Sequence record: NC_030884.1
DNA: 32,995 nt
Strand: one strand, 5' to 3'
In this document: positions 1 through 6,859 of the stretch, piece after piece
Layout: every line of letters begins with the position of its first letter
How positions within the stretch are numbered: position 1 is the first letter of the stretch
Made by a program: the position numbers and the translations under genes
The notes under the pieces: generated by a model
Told to the model about the DNA's origin: nothing
What the model saw: the letters and a program-made list of their open reading frames with translations, nothing else
Database searches by the model: none

Positions 1-86
1 AAAAAATGAAAAAAACTCCCATTTCCTTTTTACTACTCTACAATTATAAAACATTAAGAAGGTATTAGGAGTTTTTTTCATTTTTT
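1..86. other. Terminal imperfect palindrome / putative hairpin telomere
   Basis: 1..19 pairs perfectly with 68..86; inner 24 positions pair in register with 15 Watson-Crick pairs and 9 mismatches around a central AATT (42..45). Confidence 0.75.
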
Positions 87-127
87 GCGTAAATTTCGCA
101 ACTAATGAGATAAATTGGAAATTCCAA

Positions 128-154
128 TTTTTTTCGTTTTTTTCGTTTTTTTCG
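128..154 (+). repeat. (T7CG)3 perfect tandem repeat in ITR
   Basis: TTTTTTTCG three times in a row. Confidence 0.9.
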
Positions 155-160
155 CACCAA

Positions 161-544
161 AGTTAATAAATTGAAAATTCCTAAATTCCTAAATTCCAAT
201 TATTCTGTCATTTTGCGTAATTTTCAAAATAAAGTTAATAAATTGGAAGTTCCTAAATTCCAATTAATTCTACACCTTGTAAAAATATTCCAATAAGTTA
301 ACTAAATTGTAAATTCCTAAGTTCCTAAATTCCAATAAATTGTACACCTTGGAAATTTATTACAAAAAGTTAATAAAATTGAAAATTCCAAAATTCCAAT
401 TAATTGTTCACTTTGGAAAATTATTCCAATTAGTTATGTAAATTGGAAATTACAAAATTCCAAATATTCTATCATTTGTTGAAATTTATATTATAAAATT
501 GCTTAATTGTAAATTCCTAAATTCCAAATAATTATACATTTCCA
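161..544 (+). repeat. About six degenerate 50-72 bp tandem repeats built on AAATTCC(T/A); includes the rudiviral terminal motif AAATTCCTAAATTCCTAAATT (175..195)
   Basis: Units start near 161, 231, 295, 366, 431, 495 with AAGTTAA..AAATTG..AATTCC.AAATTCCAAT; the 21-mer is the complement of the AATTTAGGAATTTAGGAATTT motif recalled from rudivirus ends. Confidence 0.85.
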
Positions 545-740
545 GATATATATATATTAGGAGCTATTAAATTATTAATTAATAATTAGGAGAAACCAAA
601 ACTTTTACGGCTGAAAATTATAAATATACTAAACATATTCGTATATTATAATATATTATATAATTTCCAAATTTTTAGTTTGCAATTAGTAATTTATGCT
701 TCAATTTTTTGCGTTTGCAATGGAGGAAATTGGAAGTTTA

Positions 741-770
741 GAGAGAAAAGTTTAAATACTAGCAGAAGGC
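741..770 (+). promoter_or_regulatory. Orphan early-type (acr-type) promoter inside the ITR
   Basis: GAGAGAAAAGTTTAAATACTAGCAGAAG resembles the acrID1 promoter AGAGAAAGATTTAAATAGCAGAAG; no long ORF follows. Confidence 0.55.
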
Positions 771-1117
771 ATTTAATTATGTTAGTGAGGACTATCCTTC
801 TTTTTTTTATTATTTTTTTATATATATTAATATTATTACAATCGTAATATCTTAATATTTATATATTTGTATATTATGCTAATTAGTTAATTAGTATATT
901 ATATATATTAGCTAATTAGCTAGATAGTAGTTATTAATTATATAATTATTCTTCAGTTCAAAATAGATTCTTTTAGACTTTTTCACCGCTCGTAATCAAT
1001 TTGTTTCATGCTAGGAATAAAAAGTGGCCTTTTTTAAAAAATTGGAGATAGAAAAATTGGAACCTTCAATTTATATATGCAGCGATGATAAAAATTGGAA
1101 ACTTCTTATTGAAAGTC

Positions 1118-1160
1118 GAGAGATACAAACGTAAAAAGTTGAAGAAAACTTTAAATACTA
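1118..1160 (+). promoter_or_regulatory. Class A (early/acr-type) BRE-TATA promoter of the HTH gene
   Basis: GAGAGATACAAACGTAAAAAG..GAAAACTTTAAATA, near-identical to 3537..3580 and 31835..31878(-). Confidence 0.75.
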
Positions 1161-1192
1161 GTTTATGCATATATGATATCAAGGTGTAAGAA

Positions 1193-1360
1193 ATGAAAAG
1201 ACAAGTAAGAGTTGGGAACACAATATATTACGTAGAAAGTGAGGATGATCTAGTTAGCGTGACTCACGAGCTAGCCCGACAGGGCATAAAAATTGAGAAA
1301 ATAGCGTATTTGTTGGGCGTTAGCGTGCGAAAAGTTCGCCAATATTTGGAGAGTTGTTAA
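1193..1360 (+). CDS. 55-aa HTH DNA-binding protein (SIRV terminal ORF56/83 family; probable Acr-associated repressor, Aca8-like)
   Basis: Not in ORF track; MKRQVRVGNTIYYVESEDDLVSVTHELARQGIKIEKIAYLLGVSVRKVRQYLESC, HTH pattern IAYLLGVSVRKVRQY; SD AGGTG; directly upstream of acrID1; 30/55 identical to the 31633 paralog. Confidence 0.85.
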   Translation: MKRQVRVGNTIYYVESEDDLVSVTHELARQGIKIEKIAYLLGVSVRKVRQYLESC

Positions 1361-1370
1361 GAAGTTAAGT

Positions 1371-1425
1371 TTTCTTTTTTTCTTCTTAGTTTCTAATGCT
1401 ATTTTTTTCTATTTTTTATTTTCTC
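1371..1425 (+). terminator. T-rich archaeal-type terminator
   Basis: Multiple oligo-T tracts right after the HTH stop; similar tracts follow nearly every arm gene. Confidence 0.6.
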
Positions 1426-1510
1426 CTAATTAGCTAAGATTATGCTTAGTTTTTTTCAGGATTGTGATACTAATTCTAAAGGTTGAAAAAATTGAGAGGT
1501 GAAAAAATAA

Positions 1511-1560
1511 AGAGATAGAGAAGTAAAAAGATAGAGAAAGATTTAAATAGCAGAAGATAC
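1511..1560 (+). promoter_or_regulatory. Class A promoter of acrID1
   Basis: AGAGATAGAGAAGTAAAAAGATAGAGAAAGATTTAAATAGCAGAAGATAC; near-identical copy at 31435..31485(-). Confidence 0.8.
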
Positions 1561-1584
1561 ATAGATTATGTTGGGGAAAGAAAA

Positions 1585-1875
1585 ATGAATTACAAAGAAT
1601 TAGAAAAAATGTTAGATGTAATATTTGAAAATTCCGAAATAAAAGAAATAGATTTATTTTTTGATCCTGAGGTCGAAATTTCAAAGCAAGAGTTTGAAGA
1701 TCTTGTGAAAAATGCAGACCCTCTTCAAAAAGTTGTTGGAGACAATTATATAACAGAAACTTTTGAATGGTGGGAATTTGAAAATCAATACTTAGAGTTT
1801 GAACTTGATTATTATGTCAAAGATGAGAAAATATTTGTTTTAGAAATGCATTTTTGGAGGAAAATTAGAAAGTAA
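1585..1875 (+). CDS. acrID1: Anti-CRISPR AcrID1 (type I-D Cas10d inhibitor)
   Basis: Matches my recollection of the characterised AcrID1 (MNYKELEKMLDVIFENSEIKEIDLFFDPEVEISKQEFEDLVKNADPLQKVVGDNY...EMHFWRKIRK); acidic, 96 aa. Confidence 0.92.
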   Translation: MNYKELEKMLDVIFENSEIKEIDLFFDPEVEISKQEFEDLVKNADPLQKVVGDNYITETFEWWEFENQYLEFELDYYVKDEKIFVLEMHFWRKIRK

Positions 1876-2068
1876 TCCTATTTTTTTAATTTTTTAATTT
1901 CATTTTAATTTTCTCTTTTTCTTTTTCTTCTTACTAACTAAAACTATGAACTATTTTTTTCAAAATTGTAATATTATTCCAGTTAGTTGAAAAAATGGAG
2001 AGATGAAATGATAAATAAAAATTTAAAAATGTCATAATCTAAAAGAAAATATAGAGGTGAGAAAAAGT

Positions 2069-2377
2069 ATGAATAAAGATATGGAAGAAGTAATAGATAC
2101 AGTTCAAAGATTAATACAAGAAAATATAATCGGTGAGAAAGTTGTCAGTTTTGAAAATTCAATAGACTTACACATTCAAGAATTCGAATGGGTGATAGAA
2201 GTTTTAATTTATGCAGATGTTAAACATTACTGGTTTACTATCGGGCGTGAAAAAAAGAGATATGATATATTTATTTTTGATAATACTAGAGAATTAAAAC
2301 GAATTATTATTGAAAGTCATTTTAATGTTGAAAGAATTTTTATTGATTCAATACAATTAATTAGATATCCAAGATAA
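2069..2377 (+). CDS. Distant AcrID1-like protein (102 aa from ATG 2069)
   Basis: GTG at 2057 lies within the SD GAGGTGA; SFENSIDLHIQEFEWVI resembles FDPEVEISKQEFEDLV; GTC-type promoter at 2022..2037. Confidence 0.6.
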   Translation: MNKDMEEVIDTVQRLIQENIIGEKVVSFENSIDLHIQEFEWVIEVLIYADVKHYWFTIGREKKRYDIFIFDNTRELKRIIIESHFNVERIFIDSIQLIRYPR

Positions 2378-2405
2378 TTTTGTTTTTTTCTTTTTTTCTA
2401 ATTAG

Positions 2406-2504
2406 CTAATTCTATCTTTAATTTTTTTCAAGTTTGGAATGATAATTCTATTTTTTAGCAATTTCCTAGAATGAAAATTTAAAATTGTCATAGTTTTATC
2501 GAAA
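2406..2504 (+). repeat. 99-bp direct repeat copy 1 (promoter block; copy 2 at 3834..3932)
   Basis: 96/99 identical by manual alignment; ends in TTTAAAATTGTCATAGTTTTATCGAAA. Confidence 0.9.
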
Positions 2505-2520
2505 TTTATTAGTGAGAAAT

Positions 2521-2862
2521 ATGGGCTATCAAGATATTCCAAATGAAATAATTAAACTAAGCGAAAAATATGTGAAAATTGTCGGAGAAAGAAAAAATAT
2601 ATTTAAAACTTTAAGAAGAAAAAGTATCGAAAAAAAGATAATAGAAAAATTTGAAAAATTTTGTGATATAATTCCATTATATATACTTGAAAATATACTT
2701 AAACCAAATAATGTTTTTGAATATAGTTTCGAAAAAAGTTATAAAAACAAAAGTGAGAAAATTGAAGTTATTACTAAAGCTAGACTAAAATTTAAATATG
2801 AAAATTATGAATTAAAATTATTAAGTGTTAAATTTGAAAAATCAATTAATCTAATTTCATAA
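2521..2862 (+). CDS. Basic 113-aa hypothetical protein, possibly a very distant AcrID1-fold member
   Basis: ATG 2521 after SD GTGAG; C-terminus RLKFKYENYELKLLSVKFEK resembles RLFFEKRNNMLKLTKIELEK of the 30584 ORF. Confidence 0.6.
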   Translation: MGYQDIPNEIIKLSEKYVKIVGERKNIFKTLRRKSIEKKIIEKFEKFCDIIPLYILENILKPNNVFEYSFEKSYKNKSEKIEVITKARLKFKYENYELKLLSVKFEKSINLIS

Positions 2863-2920
2863 TTTTTTTATTAGGAATACTATTTCTAAAAGTTAAAAAA
2901 TCAGAGAGATGAAAAAATAG

Positions 2921-2960
2921 AGAGATAGAGATGTAAAAAGATAGAGAAAGCTTTATATAG
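2921..2960 (+). promoter_or_regulatory. Class A promoter
   Basis: AGAGATAGAGATGTAAAAAGATAGAGAAAGCTTTATATAG. Confidence 0.75.
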
Positions 2961-2993
2961 TAGTTTGACAAATATAATATTGAGGTAAGAAAG

Positions 2994-3389
2994 ATGAGTC
3001 AAGAAATCGAATTTCCCGTAAATATAAATTTAGAAAGTCAAGAAGAAAAAATTCAACCGCAAGTCAAGAAGTTATACAAATTTTTTAATTACGTGAGTAA
3101 CTACCATAATGGGAAAATTGATACTATGACGACTCAAAGTTACCTATATTTATTCGTTAGAGACGGTGCCATTAAGGTTGATTATGATGGCGAAATTTCA
3201 ATAGAGACGACGGGTCTAAATATTTCAATTTGGGTCAATAGAGTAGAAAAAGAAGTAGAAATTAACGGTAATGCTAATGGATACGAGTTTAATATACAAT
3301 TTACCGGAAAAGTAAAAGTAAGGACAGAAGAAAATAGACTTGTATTGACGTTAAAGCCTGAGACAATTCCTCAAATTACAACTCATTAA
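2994..3389 (+). CDS. 131-aa beta-rich hypothetical protein, candidate anti-defence gene
   Basis: SD GAGGT, class A promoter, own T-rich terminator; no recognised motif. Confidence 0.75.
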   Translation: MSQEIEFPVNINLESQEEKIQPQVKKLYKFFNYVSNYHNGKIDTMTTQSYLYLFVRDGAIKVDYDGEISIETTGLNISIWVNRVEKEVEINGNANGYEFNIQFTGKVKVRTEENRLVLTLKPETIPQITTH

Positions 3390-3536
3390 TCATTTTTTAT
3401 TTTCTTTTTTTATTTTCTATTATTTTCTTCTTTTTTATGTTTTTTGTTTTTCTATAATTAGCCAATTCTCTCGATTGTTTTTTTCAAGTTTGTGATACTA
3501 ATTCAAGAGGTTGAAAATATAGAGACATAAAAAGTT

Positions 3537-3580
3537 AGAGAGATACAAACGTAAAAAGATAGAGAAAACTTTAAATATTA
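3537..3580 (+). promoter_or_regulatory. Class A promoter
   Basis: AGAGAGATACAAACGTAAAAAGATAGAGAAAACTTTAAATATTA. Confidence 0.75.
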
Positions 3581-3612
3581 GTTTTTACATATATAAGAAT
3601 GAGGTAAGAAAA

Positions 3613-3759
3613 ATGAAAACGAAAATGAGTAAGAAAGAAAACAAAAAGAATAAAGTTTATTTTTGCAGAATGTGTAGTTTTGTAGCTACAGATTTAGATG
3701 AGTTAGATTTTCACTATAAGATGAGTCATGAATCATTTGATGAAGACTCTTTTTGGTAA
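3613..3759 (+). CDS. 48-aa single C2H2 zinc-finger protein
   Basis: Not in ORF track; MKTKMSKKENKKNKVYFCRMCSFVATDLDELDFHYKMSHESFDEDSFW has C-x2-C-x12-H-x4-H; SD GAGGT, class A promoter and terminator. Confidence 0.8.
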   Translation: MKTKMSKKENKKNKVYFCRMCSFVATDLDELDFHYKMSHESFDEDSFW

Positions 3760-3833
3760 GCTTTAAGTTATTTTATTTTTTATTTTCTCTTTCTAATTCT
3801 TCTTTTATATGTTTTTTCTTTTTCTATAATTAA

Positions 3834-3932
3834 CTAATTCTATCTTTAATTTTTCTCAAGTTCGGAATAATAATTCTATTTTTTAGCAATTTCCTAGAAT
3901 GAAAATTTAAAATTGTCATAGTTTTATCGAAA
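3834..3932 (+). repeat. 99-bp direct repeat copy 2
   Basis: 96/99 identical to 2406..2504. Confidence 0.9.
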
Positions 3933-3948
3933 ACATAGTGAGAAAAAA

Positions 3949-4266
3949 ATGGAATTTGAAGATTTAGATGTAGTTCTATATGTATTTTTTGAAAATCAAG
4001 AAATGAAAAGTTTTGAATTTGAATTTAAAGAATTATTTGAAATTACTGAAAATGGATTAAGATATCTTGTAGGAGTTCCAGATTCAAGAAATAAAATCAA
4101 GAGTAATAGCGAAATTATTGAAGAATTTATATATTATCAGAATGATAATATTGTTATTAAGTTGACATTTTATTATACTAAAGACACGAATAAAATTTAT
4201 ATAAGAAAAATTTACGGTTGGAGAGAGAAAAGATCAGAATCTGAGAATGAAGAAGACAATATTTAA
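3949..4266 (+). CDS. AcrID1-family paralog (105 aa)
   Basis: MEFEDLDVVLYVFFENQEMK..FEITENGLRYLV..FYYTKDTNKIYIRKIYGWR aligns with AcrID1 start, middle and end. Confidence 0.8.
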   Translation: MEFEDLDVVLYVFFENQEMKSFEFEFKELFEITENGLRYLVGVPDSRNKIKSNSEIIEEFIYYQNDNIVIKLTFYYTKDTNKIYIRKIYGWREKRSESENEEDNI

Positions 4267-4287
4267 GTATGCTATTTGATTAATTTA

Positions 4288-5220
4288 TTATTCTTCTAAT
4301 TCAATTTCCAAATCATTATTACTTTTCTTTATATTTTGTGGCTTATTTTTCTTTATTTCACTTGCAATTTTATAGTTTTGAATTATCTCATTAACTAGAC
4401 TATCTAGTCCCATTTTTTTTAATTTCTTAGCATATATCGTATATTTATTTTCAATATTCCAATTATTATATTTTAAAATCCAAGCATTTATAGTTTGTAA
4501 AATTTTTACATTTGAAAGATCATATTCAAATGGAAAATTTGTCTTATCTAAAAATTCATATAATAGTTCTTCTTCTTCTTTTGTTAATGTTCTTTTTTTT
4601 CTATCGCCTACATATCTTCTAGAACCATCAAACCAAAAGATCTCTCTGAAACCTGAAATTCTTGTATAAGTTGAAGTATCCATAGAATTAGCATTATCAA
4701 AAGTTTGGAGAAAATATGGAGCAGACATTCCTAGAACATGAAGTTTTTTTGTGTATTTTCTTAGATAATAATACCAAGGAAATGTATAGATTAAAATTTT
4801 TAATTTACTAGATGCAATTATTCCGCCAAATGCTATATAATCAGTGTATTGTTTATAAAAATCTAAGGCTTCATCTACTTCTCTAATTGGATATAAATGT
4901 ATAACTGGGATAATTCTTTCTATATATTCAATTTTAGTATATAGATATTCGAAATATTCGAAATTCTTTCTATTTAATGGTTCAAAAATAGATGGAATAT
5001 CAAGAGAAAAAAATGCATAAGCATTATATGTTTTATATTTTTCTAATACATCTTTTACTGAAATTTTCAAATTGTAAAGGCTAATTTGATAACCGCCACT
5101 GTCAACCCAAGTTTCATTTTTCCAAGTTATTTTTTTGTTATGTAATTGATTAATCAAAACTGGAAAATTTGTCTTGAGTAATAGTTCTTTTGATGATGTT
5201 ATTTCAAATACTAATTTCAT
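4288..5220 (-). CDS. tRNA-guanine transglycosylase-like (TGT/DpdA-like) protein
   Basis: TGT motifs DSGGYQ, SLDIP, IIPVIH, IAFGG, HVLGMS, SMDTS; no CxCxxC zinc motif. Confidence 0.85.
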   Translation of the reverse strand: MKLVFEITSSKELLLKTNFPVLINQLHNKKITWKNETWVDSGGYQISLYNLKISVKDVLEKYKTYNAYAFFSLDIPSIFEPLNRKNFEYFEYLYTKIEYIERIIPVIHLYPIREVDEALDFYKQYTDYIAFGGIIASSKLKILIYTFPWYYYLRKYTKKLHVLGMSAPYFLQTFDNANSMDTSTYTRISGFREIFWFDGSRRYVGDRKKRTLTKEEEELLYEFLDKTNFPFEYDLSNVKILQTINAWILKYNNWNIENKYTIYAKKLKKMGLDSLVNEIIQNYKIASEIKKNKPQNIKKSNNDLEIELEE

Positions 5221-5228
5221 ATAACTTT

Positions 5229-6428
5229 CTATTTTGGTATGACATTTATTTTATTTCTTCTTAATAAGTATACTATAGATCCTATTATTGGTATTATTAT
5301 AATTCTTAATATTGTATCTTCTATATTTCCAGAGATTACAAATTTATAAAATATTGGATTTTGATATCCTAAGTAGAAGAATAGAAATATCTGAATTGCT
5401 AAAGATGTTAGAACTATAGAAAATAATTTTTTATCATTCATGAGTTTCAAATATGCAAATGCTACAATTATGAAATTCCAGAAGATGAACAATAAACCAT
5501 CAAGTCCAAAAGATATATTAAATCCAAGTAGATTTTCTAGAACATTTGCTATTGTTTCTGTCGCAAAAATCAATAATAAAATATTTGGATTTATTTTGCT
5601 AAATGTTTCAGGTAATACTTTATCGAAACTCATAGTTTGAATTAATCTACTTTGGATTTTATTTGCAATTGGCATGTAACTAAAGAACCAAATTGGCATT
5701 AATGCAAACAATATTGACAAATTTGAATAGCTATCTAGAATTGAAAGTATCACGACTACTAAATAGCTTACAAAATATCCGACCATACTAGATTTTTTAA
5801 TATTTTTTATTTCTCCAGCTATGTAACTGATTGCATTTATGAATATAAACGCTGATAAATCAAATAGTAATGCAGATAATAAAGTATTAGAAATTGTGAA
5901 GTTTTGATATTGAAAATTAAATGATTTAAAAACTATAAATAATGCTACTATTATTTGTGCAATTGCTAATATATCAACAATTTTTGCATATATTCTCTTA
6001 TTAGCGATAATTAGTAAAACAATAGGAAATAAAGATTCAACAATTAGAAATTGTTCAAATTGATTTTGAATATTAAAGTTTAAGAGTACAAGATCACCTA
6101 AGATTGGTTGAGATAGTACATATGTTAACCATAATGAAATTCCAAAAATTGTAAAGAATTTTGAAGAAAATGCAGTTCTAATATATGCATAATCACCGCC
6201 ATTAAGTGGATATTTTGTTGTTAAACGATAATACATTAATAATAGTGGAATTTCAAATACTGCTCCAATTAAAATTGCGTATAATAAGTTAACATTTTTT
6301 AGCAAACTACTGACAAATAATGGATAACTTATCCCGCTTAAAATTCCTATATAGAGAAGATTTATTGAAAAAATATCTAGGATATTAAATGATTTTACAA
6401 TTCCAGAACTTTTTCTTTCAAGTTCCAT
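5229..6428 (-). CDS. APC-superfamily (amino-acid permease-like) membrane transporter
   Basis: About 11-12 hydrophobic segments; YYRLTTKYPLNGGDYAYIRTAFS matches the APC loop motif (P..GGdYvY....f). Confidence 0.85.
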   Translation of the reverse strand: MELERKSSGIVKSFNILDIFSINLLYIGILSGISYPLFVSSLLKNVNLLYAILIGAVFEIPLLLMYYRLTTKYPLNGGDYAYIRTAFSSKFFTIFGISLWLTYVLSQPILGDLVLLNFNIQNQFEQFLIVESLFPIVLLIIANKRIYAKIVDILAIAQIIVALFIVFKSFNFQYQNFTISNTLLSALLFDLSAFIFINAISYIAGEIKNIKKSSMVGYFVSYLVVVILSILDSYSNLSILFALMPIWFFSYMPIANKIQSRLIQTMSFDKVLPETFSKINPNILLLIFATETIANVLENLLGFNISFGLDGLLFIFWNFIIVAFAYLKLMNDKKLFSIVLTSLAIQIFLFFYLGYQNPIFYKFVISGNIEDTILRIIIIPIIGSIVYLLRRNKINVIPK

Positions 6429-6471
6429 AAGCTCTTGTGCAGTTTAAGACATAAATAAAGACTCAAAACTA

Positions 6472-6489
6472 ATACATAATATAATGTAT
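6472..6489. promoter_or_regulatory. Palindromic element ATACATAATATAATGTAT upstream of the transporter/TGT operon
   Basis: Member of the ATACATwATATwATGTAT family (also 11525, 20747 and partial sites). Confidence 0.6.
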
Positions 6490-6664
6490 ATGATGTCTCC
6501 TTTTTGTAAGTAAAACTTCATTAAATTCTTATTGACAATAACAAAATTTTTTTATATAAATTTCATAGCAAGTAAATCAAACCATATACATTATATAATA
6601 TATATGATATATAGCTTTAGAAATAAGTTGATAAAAAAAAGAAAATATCTTTAATTTGGTTTTT

Positions 6665-6835
6665 TTAACCGCCTCGTTTTTGCAAATACTCTCTTATTGC
6701 TTCTTCTATAGCTTGAGTTAATTGAAGATTATTTTTTGCACAGTATACTTTCAGTCTAGTTTTCAAATCCTTGTCCATATAAATTCCAAATACTGCTTTT
6801 TGCTTCTTTTTTTGACTCTGTTCTTGAGTTTGCAT
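6665..6835 (-). CDS. svtR: Ribbon-helix-helix repressor SvtR (56 aa from ATG 6835)
   Basis: MQTQEQSQKKKQKAVFGIYMDKDLKTRLKVYCAKNNLQLTQAIEEAIREYLQKRGG matches recalled SIRV1 ORF56b; RHH pattern. Confidence 0.9.
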   Translation of the reverse strand: MQTQEQSQKKKQKAVFGIYMDKDLKTRLKVYCAKNNLQLTQAIEEAIREYLQKRGG

Positions 6836-6859
6836 TTTTCCTCGTTTGTTCATTTTGAT

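Larger units (their letters stand above)
1..1136. repeat. Left inverted terminal repeat (1136 bp)
   Basis: Reverse complement of 31860..32995 (position p pairs with 32996-p) at both ends and wherever spot-checked; identity breaks at ~1137 inside the GTAAAAAG promoter motif. Confidence 0.95.

Noticed and set aside
545-930. (AT)n runs and short palindromes such as TAGCTAATTAGCTA (909..922) in the ITR
   Set aside because: Short AT-rich palindromes are common at this composition; only the CTAATTAGCTA part recurs, and it is covered under the cassette chassis
1430-1684. 84-aa minus-strand ORF
   Set aside because: Antisense to the acrID1 promoter and gene; F/L/S-rich translation of purine-rich promoter DNA; no promoter or SD
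5440-5640. 66-aa plus-strand ORF
   Set aside because: Shadow inside the transporter gene
5736-5747. TAGAATTGAAAG matching the 3' end of Sulfolobales CRISPR repeats (also GAATTGAAAG at 18971..18980)
   Set aside because: Only 10-12 nt, inside coding sequence, no repeat-spacer periodicity; expected by chance in AT-rich DNA. No mini-CRISPR array was seen
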